From contig JYFJ02001594.1 in the NCBI GenBank assembly GCA_000934665.2, positions 1 through 64,000 of the forward strand: a stretch of DNA of 64,000 nt, read 5' to 3'. The position numbers were made by a program, and so were the translations under genes. This document shows, piece after piece, positions 37,701 to 50,600 of this stretch. Below the pieces are notes generated by a model. It was not told where the DNA came from. It saw only the letters and a list, made by a program, of their open reading frames with translations, and ran no database searches. Each line of letters begins with the position of its first letter. The stretch's first letter is position 1. The DNA is from Catajapyx aquilonaris (taxonomy: Eukaryota).

Positions 37701-39310
37701 GCATGTGATGGAATTTCTAGTTGAGGAAAACTGTATAATGACGTGAGCAGGGCGGAACCGATGAAAAATGGAAGTTTGTCACTTTCAATGCAGGGCAGGA
37801 AGTTTTATTTTGGAAAAAAATTTGACGTGAACAAATGGCAGCCATTTTTATACCGCAGTCATTTTTATACATATAAAAAGTATAAAAAAGCACTTTTCGT
37901 TTAGGCGGAGTTGTTGACATGCACTTAATCGGACAAACAGTTTGACCTCACTCAACCAACGATGAGTTCGTCAACAATCTGATATTTTTTTGTGTACAAA
38001 ACCCTGCAGTTGTTCAAAATTAATGTGCCATGTGAATTGTTGGATAATCGACAAACAGGCTGCAAAATTAATTTTATTTTACGTTTGTTTGTGGACACGT
38101 ACTAATTGCAGTGGCTGGTGCACAAAAGCCTAAAGGCCAGTCATATTGTTGCAAATATAATATATTCAAGAATGTGCTAAATTATTGCATTTATGTCAAG
38201 TGTGCCACTGCAATAATTAATTGCCGCACCTTATGACTAAAATAGTGTTTCCTTAGAGGAAATAAATATTTCACCCTATAGTTGAGTTAATATTTGAAAA
38301 ACTTACCAAGCAAGCAGACAGGTATCCCAGCCTTTCCATCATGCACCATACTCCCTTTCAAGACACGCGACCACTTCCTTATATAAACCTGGAGAAAGTG
38401 TCCTCTCAGAAGCGCCAAAGTTGACATCGGGTTGGTTCGTATAATCATATTTTTTTCAGATAGAGATAGAAACAATGGAGTGCAATTTTCATCGAATTCG
38501 CTCGACCTATTTTTTGCTCGGAGCATCTTCAACTGACAATGTCACGCGCCAAAAACGCAGACAATTTTAGCAATTAACCTACTGACACACACATAAAAAG
38601 ATTGGTTCTGTACAATGGCAAGATGTAATTGCTTTGTTGAATAATATACGCCCTAATGTTATTAGGATATTACGCAAGTACAAGCCCTGCCTAAAGCGCA
38701 CTGTAATGAACGTATTACGCAGAGTGTGATTATACATCTGCTTTGTATACTTCGAGTAATTAAACTTAGGATTTTTAAAATATGTTTTGATTAGCGATGC
38801 AGTAGTCTCATGTTAATTAACCTTTAAATTAACTTTTAACTTTTAAACTAATGAAACAATTCAAGAATAACACAATCCCTATAGTCGTCCTCGCTACATG
38901 GAAAGGGAGGCATAATTTATGCTACTAGCACCATCCTCTGTATATAAAAGAGCTTTTAGAGAGACCAGTGAAGCCCACCATTTCTTCAGTATGTATAGGA
39001 TGCACCCTACCGTGCAAATGTTGGAGATAGAGCCAATGAGCTTAAAATTATAAAGTTCACATGTAGTTCTAGGGTTTAACTGCAGTGACTCTTAAGATGC
39101 TACTAATTAGCATACTGATTCATTCACTCGTATCAACATGCATGGAAGAGTCGTAGTCTGAAACCGTCACAAACTAAACAATGTAATGTACATTTCAATT
39201 AATTCTAGTTGTCTCAATAACGACATGGCAATTTTTATACATAGCAGAGTTCACATTTTGAATTTTTAATGCCCATATAATATATTCTCTACCTGCAGCG
39301 TAGAATTCAT
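28498..39310 (-). CDS. NT1: Neurotrophin-1 / Spaetzle-2-like cystine-knot ligand precursor (~440 aa); exons 39310-39293, 36036-35772, 35710-35637, 34600-34505, 34281-34219, 33600-33485, 32679-32485, 31911-31708, 28789-28498
   Basis: All junctions are GT-AG and phase-compatible. Prodomain motifs PECA...TFCLEDPFYP and VDRLLSDITYQSADNLVDGL; knot YVCPS..RPKRAKN..GKWKLIIN..YTQTQRLEKC..PCSY..CLQKYNFVRLL..HIDTFKLPTACSCH. The first four exons are less certain than the last five. Confidence 0.88.
31708..31911 (-). CDS. NT1: NT1-like exon (first half of the cystine knot)
   Basis: tattttcag|C GGA TAT ... GGYVCPSNIFYTRPKRAKNTYGKWKLIINLP...YTQTQRLEKC AT|gtgagt. Not present in the ORF track. Confidence 0.93.
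32485..32679 (-). CDS. NT1: NT1-like exon (prodomain, QSADNLVDGL)
   Basis: ccatag|G GAT TTC ... DFIRLEIARQRHLVDRLLSDITYQSADNLVDGLTRAEEEGYTYEHYYG ... AA|gtgagt. Confidence 0.92.
33485..33600 (-). CDS. NT1: NT1-like exon (prodomain C..C-YP motif)
   Basis: tttctctttccag|QKGYFKGLTYDSSKSPECAYGNQIHYNLTFCLEDPFYP AC|gtaagc. Confidence 0.9.
34219..34281 (-). CDS. NT1: NT1-like 63-nt exon
   Basis: tatctctccacag|DVLTSHFDLFGEQFYAFMEAK|gtaagt, phase 0/0. Confidence 0.78.
34505..34600 (-). CDS. NT1: NT1-like 96-nt exon
   Basis: ttttccttcttcacag|PSVVLRNPNDHFDIYDAIRTRDKDHRYRGINK|gtgagc. Confidence 0.7.
35320..35430 (-). mobile_element. Degenerate PLE fragment (Cys-knuckle part of the linker)
   Basis: CHLESCPGCKF...FCSRLEGEK vs recalled CGKSRCKTCPF...FTSxxTGKT. 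Confidence 0.4.
35637..35710 (-). CDS. NT1: NT1-like exon (alternative donor may extend it to 35631)
   Basis: atttaacag|GA TAT GGG... GYGPDPYSSDGYAKGHGLHFPTFKE|gtaaag. Confidence 0.68.
35772..36036 (-). CDS. NT1: NT1-like exon (end of signal peptide plus acidic N-terminal region)
   Basis: GC-rich open frame LALILLASEATPGDSQNSNNDTAS...FSEN G|gtatct. The acceptor position is uncertain. Confidence 0.65.
36239..36329 (+). mobile_element. Degenerate PLE linker fragment
   Basis: FHPIFPKINW...IGRVFSKAPIVSH vs recalled YHPSLPNI..W...LGKVFSEPPIVSY. Confidence 0.5.
38440..38525 (-). mobile_element. Degenerate PLE linker fragment
   Basis: RAKNRSS...ENCTPLFLSLSEKNMIIR vs recalled ...NRTPLVLTFHPxNLAIR. 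Confidence 0.4.
39293..39310 (-). CDS. NT1: Candidate NT1-like start micro-exon (exon 39313-39293; MNSTLQ)
   Basis: tttattttag|gaaATGAATTCTACGCTGCAG|gtagag. Joining it gives MNSTLQLALILLASEATPG, a plausible signal peptide. Confidence 0.5.
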
Positions 39311-39539
39311 TTCCTAAAATAAACTGCTGCAAAAGAGCAAAATAGTCCTGTGGAGAAAAACACGACATCTCACAGGGAATTTATGTAAATCCACACACTT
39401 CACCATTCCCTGGTGTCTGCTACGACGCATAGTTCGCTATTCGTTTAAAATTTGATCGTAGAGCCTAAGTAAAGAGAAGGGTATCTGGAGTGGATATATA
39501 ACTAGGTTGGAAGTGTCAGTGAAAAGCGTTTTTTCTTCG

Positions 39540-39970
39540 AAGAGTCCCAAAAAGGATTCTATCGTGGAGAAGAAGAAAAAAGAAGAAAAAAATAGGTGGG
39601 GCATGTTATCTGTCACTTTTTTCTACGGATTTCAGGTTCCCACGGCTCCTACCTTTTTATGCTGTTTTTTTGGGGGAACTGCACATTTGACGAGATGGAG
39701 GAAGTTGGCCTACTCTCCTGCGGATTGGAAGGGAACGGAACCGGAATAATCCTCACTCATTTCTGGAGCTGATTAATGAAATGCACTTGTGATGTTGGTT
39801 GGGGATGTGCAAATCGATAGATGGTTTAAAGAATGGTTGTGGTTGGCTCAGGTTTTTAATTATTCCAGGACGCAATTTTTATTTAAATACATTTGAAAGT
39901 GTCAATAAAATATTTAGAAAAATTTGTCAGATTTTTAAAGAGAACCGACTCATTTCATTTGAATCATTGA
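39540..39970 (+). mobile_element. Two tandem degenerate PLE linker fragments
   Basis: IVEKKKKEEKNRW and SVNKIFRKICQIFKENRLISF vs recalled LLKEKKKEKNRIP and NINKILRKH...IFKEPPLISF. Confidence 0.4.
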
Positions 39971-40979
39971 GAATAAATGGAGCCCTCCAATCCTCTTAAC
40001 TTGGGCATTCAAAGTCACAATAATAAATAAAAAAGGGGGTATTGTTGAGGTATTATACGATTTCATTTACCTTTCTGTAGAGCTATTGTGCAGCTGGAGC
40101 AAAGGAAGCTTCCTTCAGGATCCTTGCTATCGAACGGATGTCTTTTATTGCTGTCTCCGTCGTTTTTTTATTGCTGCAATATATCCGCTCAATGTCCTGT
40201 TCAGTTCTTTACTCTACTACAGTGCGACTAGTCGTAACCTTCAGACGTTGCACTTTCAATTTTGTGGCAGTTGACAAACCACCATGACTAACCACTAATA
40301 AACAACCGGAATCCCTCGCTGAAAAATGTTCAAAATTGTGATGCATTTATTAAAAAATAACTGCTACAAATTAATAAGCAGTTGACCCGATTTTCCTGAT
40401 TTTGCGATTCCACATCCCAGCTTCACTGTAAGCCCCCATTTTTTTGTCCTTGCTCAAACATATTTCAGTACTAAATGAGATGCAACGTATAATCATGTCC
40501 CGGTTGCACTGCAATATCTAGCTTCGCACAGCAGCCTGAATTTGCGCACAACCAATTACTCACTCATAGCCTCCCTATGTGCGGTGCAGGACACGTCCCC
40601 ACGCCTCCCACCAAATTCAACTGATGGAGATGAATCCCTGCGTACAGTGTGCACTAGCTTAGTCTTAATCACAACGTGACCTGATCCATCCCCGGTTTTA
40701 TCCCAACCGAGTTTAAAGCCCTGGTGGAATAATAAATCAAACTAGACAACTGTGTTAGGTTAGAAGAATTTATGGAGGCGGAGAAATGTCTCTTCCAAGT
40801 AAGATATAAGTCACACAAAATGAGATTTGAATGTGAATAACTATGAATTTAGCTAATATTTATATTGCATGTTTTAAAAATAGTACTTGTAAGCTACCTG
40901 ACATACTTCGATATATTTACAGTGATTTTTCCTAGTTTAATAGATTTTTCAGTCGAGGGTATATTTTTATCATACTCTT

Positions 40980-41130
40980 GCATAACACAAAGAGCGGTTA
41001 GGATTTGCCTCACAAATTCCGTCCGTCGAGTGGTATCTAGAGATTGGCCAGACCTCAACTTTGCGGAGTTTGTCCGACCGGAATAATCCGGAGAAGTTTA
41101 TCGGTTCAGCATTCTTGACTGGAAAAAATG
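40980..41130 (+). mobile_element. Degenerate PLE linker fragment
   Basis: NSVRRVVSRDWPDL vs recalled NSIRKIIRKHWPIL. Confidence 0.45.
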
Positions 41131-41462
41131 AAAAAAGCGACACCAAAGCTAGATATTATTTTGCTTGGTGAGTCGGAAATAAAAATTTCGTGGAACAGTC
41201 TGAATCGCTTCAACTTTTTTGGGTGCAAAAATCTCGTTTCTGTATCATGTGGTTTCAACGATCCAGCCAAATGCGCCTAAAAATATGAGGACCATTTGGT
41301 ATACAGACAAAGGAACTAAAATCACAGTAAAATATTGCTTGCCATTTAATGTTCACATTTTTTTTGTCACCAATTATTGACTAGACTTCACCGGTGGGAT
41401 AAGTTTCATCAAGTAGAAATCTGCATTGGCCTAGATATGCACAATCTGCAACAAACGTTTTT

Positions 41463-41468
41463 TTTATT
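41463..41468 (-). terminator. Candidate polyadenylation signal AATAAA of ceramidase
   Basis: AATAAA on the - strand 20 nt after the TGA. Confidence 0.4.
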
Positions 41469-41487
41469 ATTTCGTGTTCACTATTAT

Positions 41488-41671
41488 TCAATCCGGACTT
41501 ACTTTAAAATTCTGGCTGCATCCTCCGTATGGCACAGGTTTCCTCAAAAGTGGTTTGTAGTATCCGTAGACACATATTCGGTAAGTTCCATCCTCGGTGT
41601 CAGATTGAGTTTCCCACGTGGTTTCTGCTTCGCTGTGGCCTAGTAGCTTATTAGTTCTGATCCAGTTGTAG
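41488..41671 (-). CDS. CDase: Ceramidase terminal coding exon 13
   Basis: ccgcag|C YNWIRTNKLLGHSEAETTW...GTYRICVYG...SQNFKVSPD*. Confidence 0.88.
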
Positions 41672-44600
41672 CTGCGGATTCACATTACAAGCAGAGAAAG
41701 ATTGGTGTTTGCTGAAGCCAAATTGAATCTGGCATAATGATGAAATATGATGTGCATGGCAGGCTACATCGTTTTACACCAAATGGTGAGGCTATTACGC
41801 AATTATTTCTAACAGGTTGTAATTAGAGTTGTATTTGTAACCATGTGATGCCACAGTGAGTTCGGAAATATGTGCAATAATATTAGGTTTTGTAGCGAGT
41901 CCTGCATTATTCTAGTTCTATCTCTAATTAGCTAATCAGGCAGTATGATTTGGATAGCTGTCATCCTTAACTTTGAACGTTCAAGCTATATGCCAGAAGC
42001 CTGTTGGGTTAGCCCACCTGTCATATGCAAGGTTTGGCGAAATAGGAACATTCGAGCAGTATTTTTCAATATGATTTTTCCACCACAGTTACCTGCTAAT
42101 CCTATTAGTAATAAAATGAAGGCCCACTGGGTACTACCTAATTAATGAAAATAACTAGCTGCAAATTTAAGCTGTGAAGCTGTCAAAATTTGGCTTGCAG
42201 AAGACAAGCATATACAGTGTATAAACGTATACAACGTTAATGTAATATATAATATTAGAGAAATTCTGTGCCTTTAATATGTTTATTAAATTATTGGGTT
42301 TAAGCTCTTGTGGCCGCTTCAATGCCAATCACTGAAAATTATGCTGGGACAAACAAGGATGTCAATGTCGCTTCCAACGAATCATTTGCAGCCATCGGTT
42401 TTTGTGTTGCCCAAAACAAACCCTGCAGCCCTGCAGCTGCATAATCGAAAAAATTGGCCCCCAAAAAAGTTCAGGGCTGGAGTGCAACAAAAGGCTTCTC
42501 TTGTCCATAGCAATCAATAGCTAGGATAATATAATCAATTAAAGTTGTAGCCATGGCCATATTTAATGTTAAAAATTTATAAGACGCAGTAAAGTTTTTA
42601 TGCACACGCTGTTTACTACTCAATTGAACATATTTAACTACATGCGGGTTCACACACTTTAAATCATTGACTATGCAAGCCTATGGCAACAACTTTACTC
42701 GTGGAACGCTGACGCTACTATTGAAATGTATGGGAAAACACAAACCGTAAACGGATAGCGGTTATTCACCAGAGGATTAGTATCGGATATTCAAGACGCT
42801 TTCACAGTGAACGTGGAATCTGAAATCCCCTGTTTGAATGCTCGTTAATTTCAGACACAAGATAGGTAAATTCATAACTAACAATGGAAGTCGTATCCGA
42901 TATCCCTTTTGATCATGTAGATTCTGAAAATGAAACTTCTGTTGACAAAAATCTACTTGTGAACATCCTTTCTTAACGAAAAATATATCAACTTTCTGTA
43001 TCAACATCCGAAATGTTTGTCGACCCCCCCCCCCCAACCGTTAACGTATTTTCTTTCCAACCCGAAATTTGTAATTAACGGAAACGTCAACAACTCCATT
43101 CGAAAATATCCATCGAGCTGTGCCTCAGGTCGTAACCTGCAGCTATAGATCTCCTTGCACAACTTCCGTTCCAGGTGGTCAAATAAACTCCAGTTCCCTT
43201 AGTTCCGAGGAAAAGTAATTACCCGTTACGTACCTCGTATCCCAGCTGGAGTCCGTGGCCACTGTTTTCCACGAGGTTTCATTCACTTGCTTATCCACCG
43301 TCAAATACGACCCTTCCTGCATCGGATTGTTGCGGGGATGACCGGATACCTACAGCCATAAAAAAAAGCAAGCGTGTTGATCCGAAATTGCGGTTACAAA
43401 AAAACCGTTAAAAATGGCCGGAGGAAAAACCGTTAAAACTGGCAGGAAAAAAAAGGACCGTTAAAAATGGCGGGAGAAAAAAAGCTGCTAAAAATGGCGG
43501 GAAAGCGATGTCACCCGGGGCTCTAAAAATTGCGGGACGTCCCTTTGTTTCCAACAATATTGTGGTCGTTTATTTTAGAAAAGTAATACTCACAAATCTG
43601 GCGACGATGGCTTCTCCGGCGTATGCTTCTGGGTAGGGCTGGAGGACACATTGGCCAAAATCTTTTCCAGAGGGAGCAGAGTCGAATATCACTCCAGGTT
43701 GCAGTGAAATTAGCTTCTTTTTGAGGTTTTGAGGAAGAGGACCGGTCGGTAGAGATGAGTTCTGGGAGGGGAGACACATATATAACGATCAGAAGACTCA
43801 CTTCACTGAAAGATCCTCTGGAGGCTGTGACCCCCTTTTCCCGATATAATTAGAAATCTCTGAACTCTTTTGCGCACTATTTAGCAACGGAGAGAGCAGA
43901 AATTTGAAGGAAAATCTCATCAAGGTTTTATGATCAAAAATTCCATTTTTCATGCAGTACTGGGACGAAACCCCATTTTAATCGCAATCACTAATGTAGC
44001 CCGCGCATTCCAGCTCCTAGTTATCTCTTGTCTACTTGCTGCCACGGAAACGTAGAATAAGCAGTGTCATCAGACGTTGGAGAAACCTCATTTTCTCTCA
44101 GGGCTTTGACTGTCTACGCAAATGTTCTTAGGTACACATTCAGTGTATTAATCAGTGTAATGAAGCAAGGAACTTCAACCGCCAAGGATTGCACACGCTT
44201 TCCACTGCGCAAATCTAGTTTTAATGTCTTATATCAGAAGCATTTATGCCACATTTCAAATTGAATTCTTATGTGATGTGTATTATATTTACTGTACCAA
44301 TGTCAACCATCAAATTTTGCATATATGGATAAAATTATTTCCTTATTCTCAATCCTTTAAGCAACGTGCATGACCTTGCTCCTTCACAAGCTATTCTTGT
44401 GAAATGTAAATAGCCTCGAGGTCATTTGCTCAACTAATCCCGAATATATGATTAGGCCATTTGAAGTGCATAATTGCAGAAAATTAGCGTAATTCTCCCT
44501 TCCAAATCCACGACCTACGCTAGAAGCAAGAACTCAATTTCGTCTGGAGTTGAGTTGAAAAGCATGGTATGAATGAAGTGTTAAAAGTTGGAAGCAAAAA

Positions 44601-47600
44601 AAAAGTAAATTAAAAAGTCTGAGAGTGTGCGTCATGATCACAATTTCAATGCGCTTTTTGTATACTTTCTAGGCATTTTGCGTCATTTTGTATCACGGCA
44701 GTACACACTTACATGCGAATTTACAGCTCATTTACACTGCAAGATGATAAAGATATCCCCTAGGAGTTATGAAAGTTCAAGTGTTTCCACCAGGACTAAT
44801 TTTCAACCTATTTTCATAACAGTGCAAGCCTGTTAAACCTTACCTAATGCTTGATTTGTAGTATCTAGCTTAGAACTTGAACATCATGCTGTGTCTCCCG
44901 TGCTGGTGAAGCCACTATAAGCACCTATTCCAGTTTACAAGGGAGCCTAACACCTTACATTTACTACATTATCCTGGTAGGAAAGCTCTTCCACCTCACT
45001 GTGTTTATATAGCAGCAGACGAGATTAATGGGACTTGTGGTCCAGAATTTTGGGAGTTCCCCATACCGTTGGACCTGATAAAGTGTTGGACCTTTGACAA
45101 GAACATGCCCTGCCATGCAGAAGTATTCATGTTGAATAATAAACAGGTCAATGCGCTAACTGACAGGAGACACGCATCTTTAGTGGTACAGTCAACGCGT
45201 CACACATCACAGTCATGCTGGTGACAGCAGCCTGTTCGGGGATATATTATACTGCGGAAAATTAAGGATGTCATTTAAAGTGGATGGTATTAAGGGGAAG
45301 GTATCTGTACTTTAATTCTTAATTTATTTATACTGACTTATCGACGCCATATGAACATCTACTTCCACTGAATGACACTGTTTATAAATGCAGCAATCCA
45401 CGTCCATCCTATTTGCTAATAGCAGTCGAGTGTTGGTTCTATGCCTTCTATCCAGTAATCCCAATCAGCAGGGAATTATGCATTTCAATCAATCCCCCTA
45501 ATTCAGCAATGGCCAAAATGTAAACAAGGCTCCATTCCTACAGTATATAGCCATATGAATTTTTCAGCTGGTTTGACGAGAAAGGGTGACATGTTGTTGG
45601 AAGAGATGAACCCTGTAAATGTCATCATGAGCAGAAAATCTTCCTATGAAACTGACTATTCTGAACAGTGTTTTGAATGTTGTAGACGTAAATAAGTTAC
45701 CACATGCTGTCCAGACCTGAGCCAAATCAAGTCAAATCATTAAGAAAAATCCTCCGATTACGTGTAGGTTAACAATATTCATAATCTCAGTTTTCCTAAT
45801 TTTAGACGGTACAACTGGCTATTATTAACAGTAGAAATGAGGTCTTTCTGCTCACACAATATCGTCTAATGACCACCCTAATTTTTATCATTCACTTTTA
45901 AAAAATGGGGCCGTAATTTCGAAACCCTGAATAGAACACCATGTTCTACTTTTTCTCCCATCTCCAGTCACATATTACTGACCCGGAAGTTCTAAAAATA
46001 ACATCTCCTCACCATCAATTTGACTTCTGAACAAGGCAAGCATTAGCCTACTTGACCTCCTCCAACTTGGAACAAACCCTTGGTGTTTCATCCAATCCAA
46101 ACAAACCTCTCGATTAAGCCATCCCTTAGCTTATTCTCCCAAAGCTCTCCCATCAGGAGGGGTTCCTCCACCCCCGTATTAGCCAGGTCATTCCCCATCC
46201 AATCCTAAAAGCGCAGTAGGTATACAACAAACTGACCACTTAATCAACCTTTTTTATTCTCCGGAAAAGGTTACCTACCCCTAACATTTCCTGGTCCAAT
46301 CCGGATTCTCTATCCGGACGACGAAAGGGCATTTGAATAATTGTCAACGAGAAACTAATTGCATTGTACCCCCCGCAGAGATGGTATAGAGGTAATGAAA
46401 ATTGGCGTACCTTCATCATGGCTGAGGCCAATATTTTGTACTGCTCTACATAAAAGGCGTGGGAGTGAGGTCCGTAGATGGTCGATGCTCCTTCATAACG
46501 CTGGACCTGTAAAATATTTAATAAAAGTTTGAGAGGTAATCGGTTCAATGGTCTATGACCATTGTTTTGACCTTTCAAAAGTAAGAACAGAACGTTGACC
46601 TTTGGGCAGGGCTTCCGGTCATTTGTTTCGCTGAGGGCAACCTATAATGTGGCAGGTTGGGCGGGGGGTTGTTAATGAGACAGCGTCACTTTAGATGGCG
46701 CTAGCGGTTTGTTGTGTAACCCAGGGAGCACTGGACCAGCATTATTAAAACTTTAAATGCGTAACAAAAAAAATCGCTTGACATTATCAGGCCGTTTTAG
46801 TTTTCTCTGGTGTAGAGAGAGGCTTCCAAAATTGAAAATCATCGGAGCCTTGTAACTTGATCAAGGAAGTTGCCCCAGCCGGAATTAATGAGATTATAGA
46901 AGATTATCCATTAGTAATTTCCACCAGCTCCTATCAGATTGGATAAGTATACAAGCAGCAACGAGGGTGTACAGTCTATAGACTAGGCTCTACGATGCGG
47001 GTTTAGTAGGCTATCGTATCGATCTCCATTTTGCGGGTTCAGAAAAGAGGAGATAACACGGTTGGGTCCGAACAGTTTTGGAAACATGCTGATGACTATT
47101 GACATAAAGTTGCATTACTTTTGCAGTCGTTCGTTTTAGAATTAATGTGACCTTGGCCCCTTTTAAAGCTCTATATTTATTTTATGAATGGATATTATAG
47201 GGTAAGTCGCAAATTACATAAAGAGAGATTTTTTTCACTAAATTGAGTTTATATAACCAGCCAGTGACAAATGTCTTATCAATCAAAAAATGGGCAGCGA
47301 GAAGCTATCAACTGGTCTGATTAAACGACCTGAAAATCTACACTACTGGTAAATTACTCCCGAATATAATATTCAGAATGAAATAATAAAACAGTAAGTA
47401 GGCTCACAACATTGACGTCAATTATTAGTCAGTAGGCTACATTTTTGCCCATAAAAGGCACGATTATAATAGGAGGCCTGCTCTATTAAGTTCCACTGAA
47501 AAAAACCACGACTGACAATGCTTCGACGCTTTGAAAGGCTGACGTCAAAGGGACCATTTTTGGGCAGAAAAAGGGCAATCGACAATTTTTTTCATGTGAC

Positions 47601-50600
47601 CTGGTTCACAACATGCCTTACAGAGCAGCCCACTTCACACTAATTTTGGGTGGCGGGCCTCTGCCTGGTGTTAAACCGCACGCGAGCATGTTACACTATA
47701 CTGTACATCACAATGAAGTGTCATTCAAAATAGGTGTTGACAGCAAGAATGTAACACTGCGCATATATGAAAGTACATGACGCTAGATGTCATAAACAAT
47801 GTTGATTACAATTGTACAAAGAGAAAAACTGCAATGATAATTACTGCGTTAATTCATCACATTTATTAATTTATTTTATTTGGCCTCAACGTTTATTGCC
47901 CATATTGGTTGGGCTATCCCTGTCCACGAGAAACATTCCAATCGCTTTTATTGTGTGTAATTTTGAACCAGTTATTAATGCTGGCGGTGCCTCTGTTTTC
48001 ATTATGGGTGTTGTGATTATAACCATATAGGTACGCATTTTTTCCGTTCCAAATTACCCACACGTCAATTTTTTGCCGTCCCGCGCAATTTCTCCGGTCT
48101 GCCAAGCACGATCAACACATTTCGGCATGGTCGTCCACACATCATCCATTCAACTGTGCATCGGCTGTTCGGTGTGTGCATTTTTTGTGTGCATTATTTC
48201 TTCGTATTTGCCACGACTTGGCACGTTGTACACATTGCACAATCCCTATTATGAAACATATGCCCGAATCCATGACTGAGGTAATGAAACGTCGGAACTG
48301 ACGTCACTTGACATTAATCGTTAGTTTCATTGTTGACAATTTGACGTCAGTCCCCAACGTCAGTGACTCGATTATTCTCCTGAGAATCTTCTAGCTAAAT
48401 TTCTGTTCATTTTTCATTCTTTTTATGTAACCGTCAACAATTATTGAACCAAGTGCGGAGATAAGACCGGCCTGGGTACTCAGATAATCGAGTGTACACC
48501 TCGTACGAAAGTTTGCTAAGTATGTAATTATAGTCCTTAATTTGCATTTCAGGTCTTCATTATAGTGTGAGTACCCACTCAAGCTGGGCATGTTTACGTA
48601 ATGTCCAAAGTTGAGTAAAAGTGATAAAAATATTCCCGTTTTCAAGACGGGACATGAACGACTGTCGCGTATCAGTCGACTTTATAACTGTCCTCCAAAC
48701 TAGGTCCACCTTATTCAAGCCCCCAATCTTCATTCTCCCAGAACCGGAAGCCTTTATAAGCCCATCCGACGCGAAAGATACTCAGACCGGAAATAAACTT
48801 GCACCGCCCCAAGATGGCTGCCGGAAGCTTCCTCCCGTTTACTTCCACTCCAAAGCGCCCTCTATCCTTATCAAAAACACTACAAAAGCAGGGCTTATCA
48901 TCTGTGCGAGACCCTTTCTCCTTCACAGTAAGGAAACTTACTTGGTATTCCTCATAGGTCGTGATGTAATGGGTATAAACATTTGAGAGTCCAGCAATCA
49001 CAACCAGAGCGTCCGATGGCGCTCCGTCCGCTACAAGCTGCGACTTGACCGCATCCCTCAGCCTACGTCCTGCCATTGTTGAGAATTCTCCAGGAACGGC
49101 CAGTATAAAGAGGTTACCCAGCTGGATAATCTGAGTCTCGACAATTCTCGGATGCCAAGAGTATGGTAGGTTCATCTGGAAAATGAAACACGAGAGCCTA
49201 GAAAATGGGCTTTTCACACGGAAAGCCTGTAAAGGAAGTCCGGTTATTGCAGTGACTTTGTAGAGTTAAGTTTCTCGGAAGGTTGTTTAGTGAATCGCCA
49301 GGGGACGAAGTTGCGTAAGAGAGGCCATTTATTAGCCACAGAAAGTTTCAGTTGCCTTCTAGCCCTCTTGTATAGGCCTACTATATACTGTTCCTTCCAT
49401 GGTTTCCCTCAGGTGAAGTCAGACGCCTTGAACTCTGGTATATTCAGTTTGCTATGTGTACGACATATTCTCACAGCTGTTTGTTTATTCACATTGAATT
49501 TGCTGTAATGTTACAGAAAATCTCAATTTCCGGTACCAGTACAGTGCTAGTTTATGTAACTTGTTTATTCTATATCTATATTACTACCCGACTGTCATGG
49601 AAACTCATCCCGCACCGTACAGCATATACAGCTTTGGGAGTGGTGTAAAATTTTGCCAGTGTTTTCTATATTTGCAAACCACTTTTGCTTTTTGGAAACG
49701 GTGCCGAGGGACTTTGTAATACTCAAAAAACACATTTAAAAAGCCGACCGCGGCCTTTCCACGAAATTTCCATTTACGCCGTTACGGGCGCCACCTCCTG
49801 GGTGGCGACTCGCTTACTTCTGCACTTCACCGTCGGATGTCGCTTGGATGCTGCTGCCTGGTGCGGGTCTCTCTTTCTCTCCACTTTCGCCAAAAACTTT
49901 GCCAAAATTTGGCAAGTTGGTGCCTAGTAGATATTTAAATGGTCAGCTGACCGACATAACTGATGACTTTGTCGCAGGTTAAGACAAATATTGTTGGAAC
50001 GTTCGAGATCCTGAAGTTTTCTGGAGAGTCAAATGCGGAATGACAACGCCAATTATTGTGGGAGTGTCGCGCCCTTGGTCGCGCCTGTCGCGAGCCTAAC
50101 AGGAGACTCCTAATTATTGAGAGCCTCCTGCCGAGCAATTAGTAGAAGGCAACAAGTGCGACACGAGGCAAGGAAAGGTCGAAAATGTCAACACTTGGTC
50201 ACTGAACCCTTGCAAATCAAGTGCGGGTTGGAACAGTCAGCAATTTACACTCATTTGCGAAATGAACTTACCCGCTAATCAGTGATTGAAACATCAAACG
50301 GACTCAATCGCAAAACAATTGCATTGCACAATTTTAACAGGAAAAAAACAGTCCACACTATCGGTGTCATCATGCAAATCCGTTGTTTATGCTTTTGATT
50401 CATGTTCCAATCATGCAGTTATTCCTCTGGGAATCGCTAACCCAACTGATTAACATCCTGTCTAATTATCTCTCGCGACATATTTTCTTCCGTCTTCCGT
50501 ATCATGAAATGGCAATACATGTTTTCTAGAGTCACGTTAATGGGAGGAGTGAACCGCAAGATCGTTTACCTCTCCGGTTGCTAGCAAGATTGGCTTTGGC

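Noticed and set aside
45960..46340. pogo DDE transposase or LINE endonuclease relic on the - strand (KGWLNREVCLDWMK; PLLMGE)
   Set aside because: The matches are short and inconsistent; the + strand WCFIQS...PLAYSPKAL fits the PLE-linker pattern at least as well.
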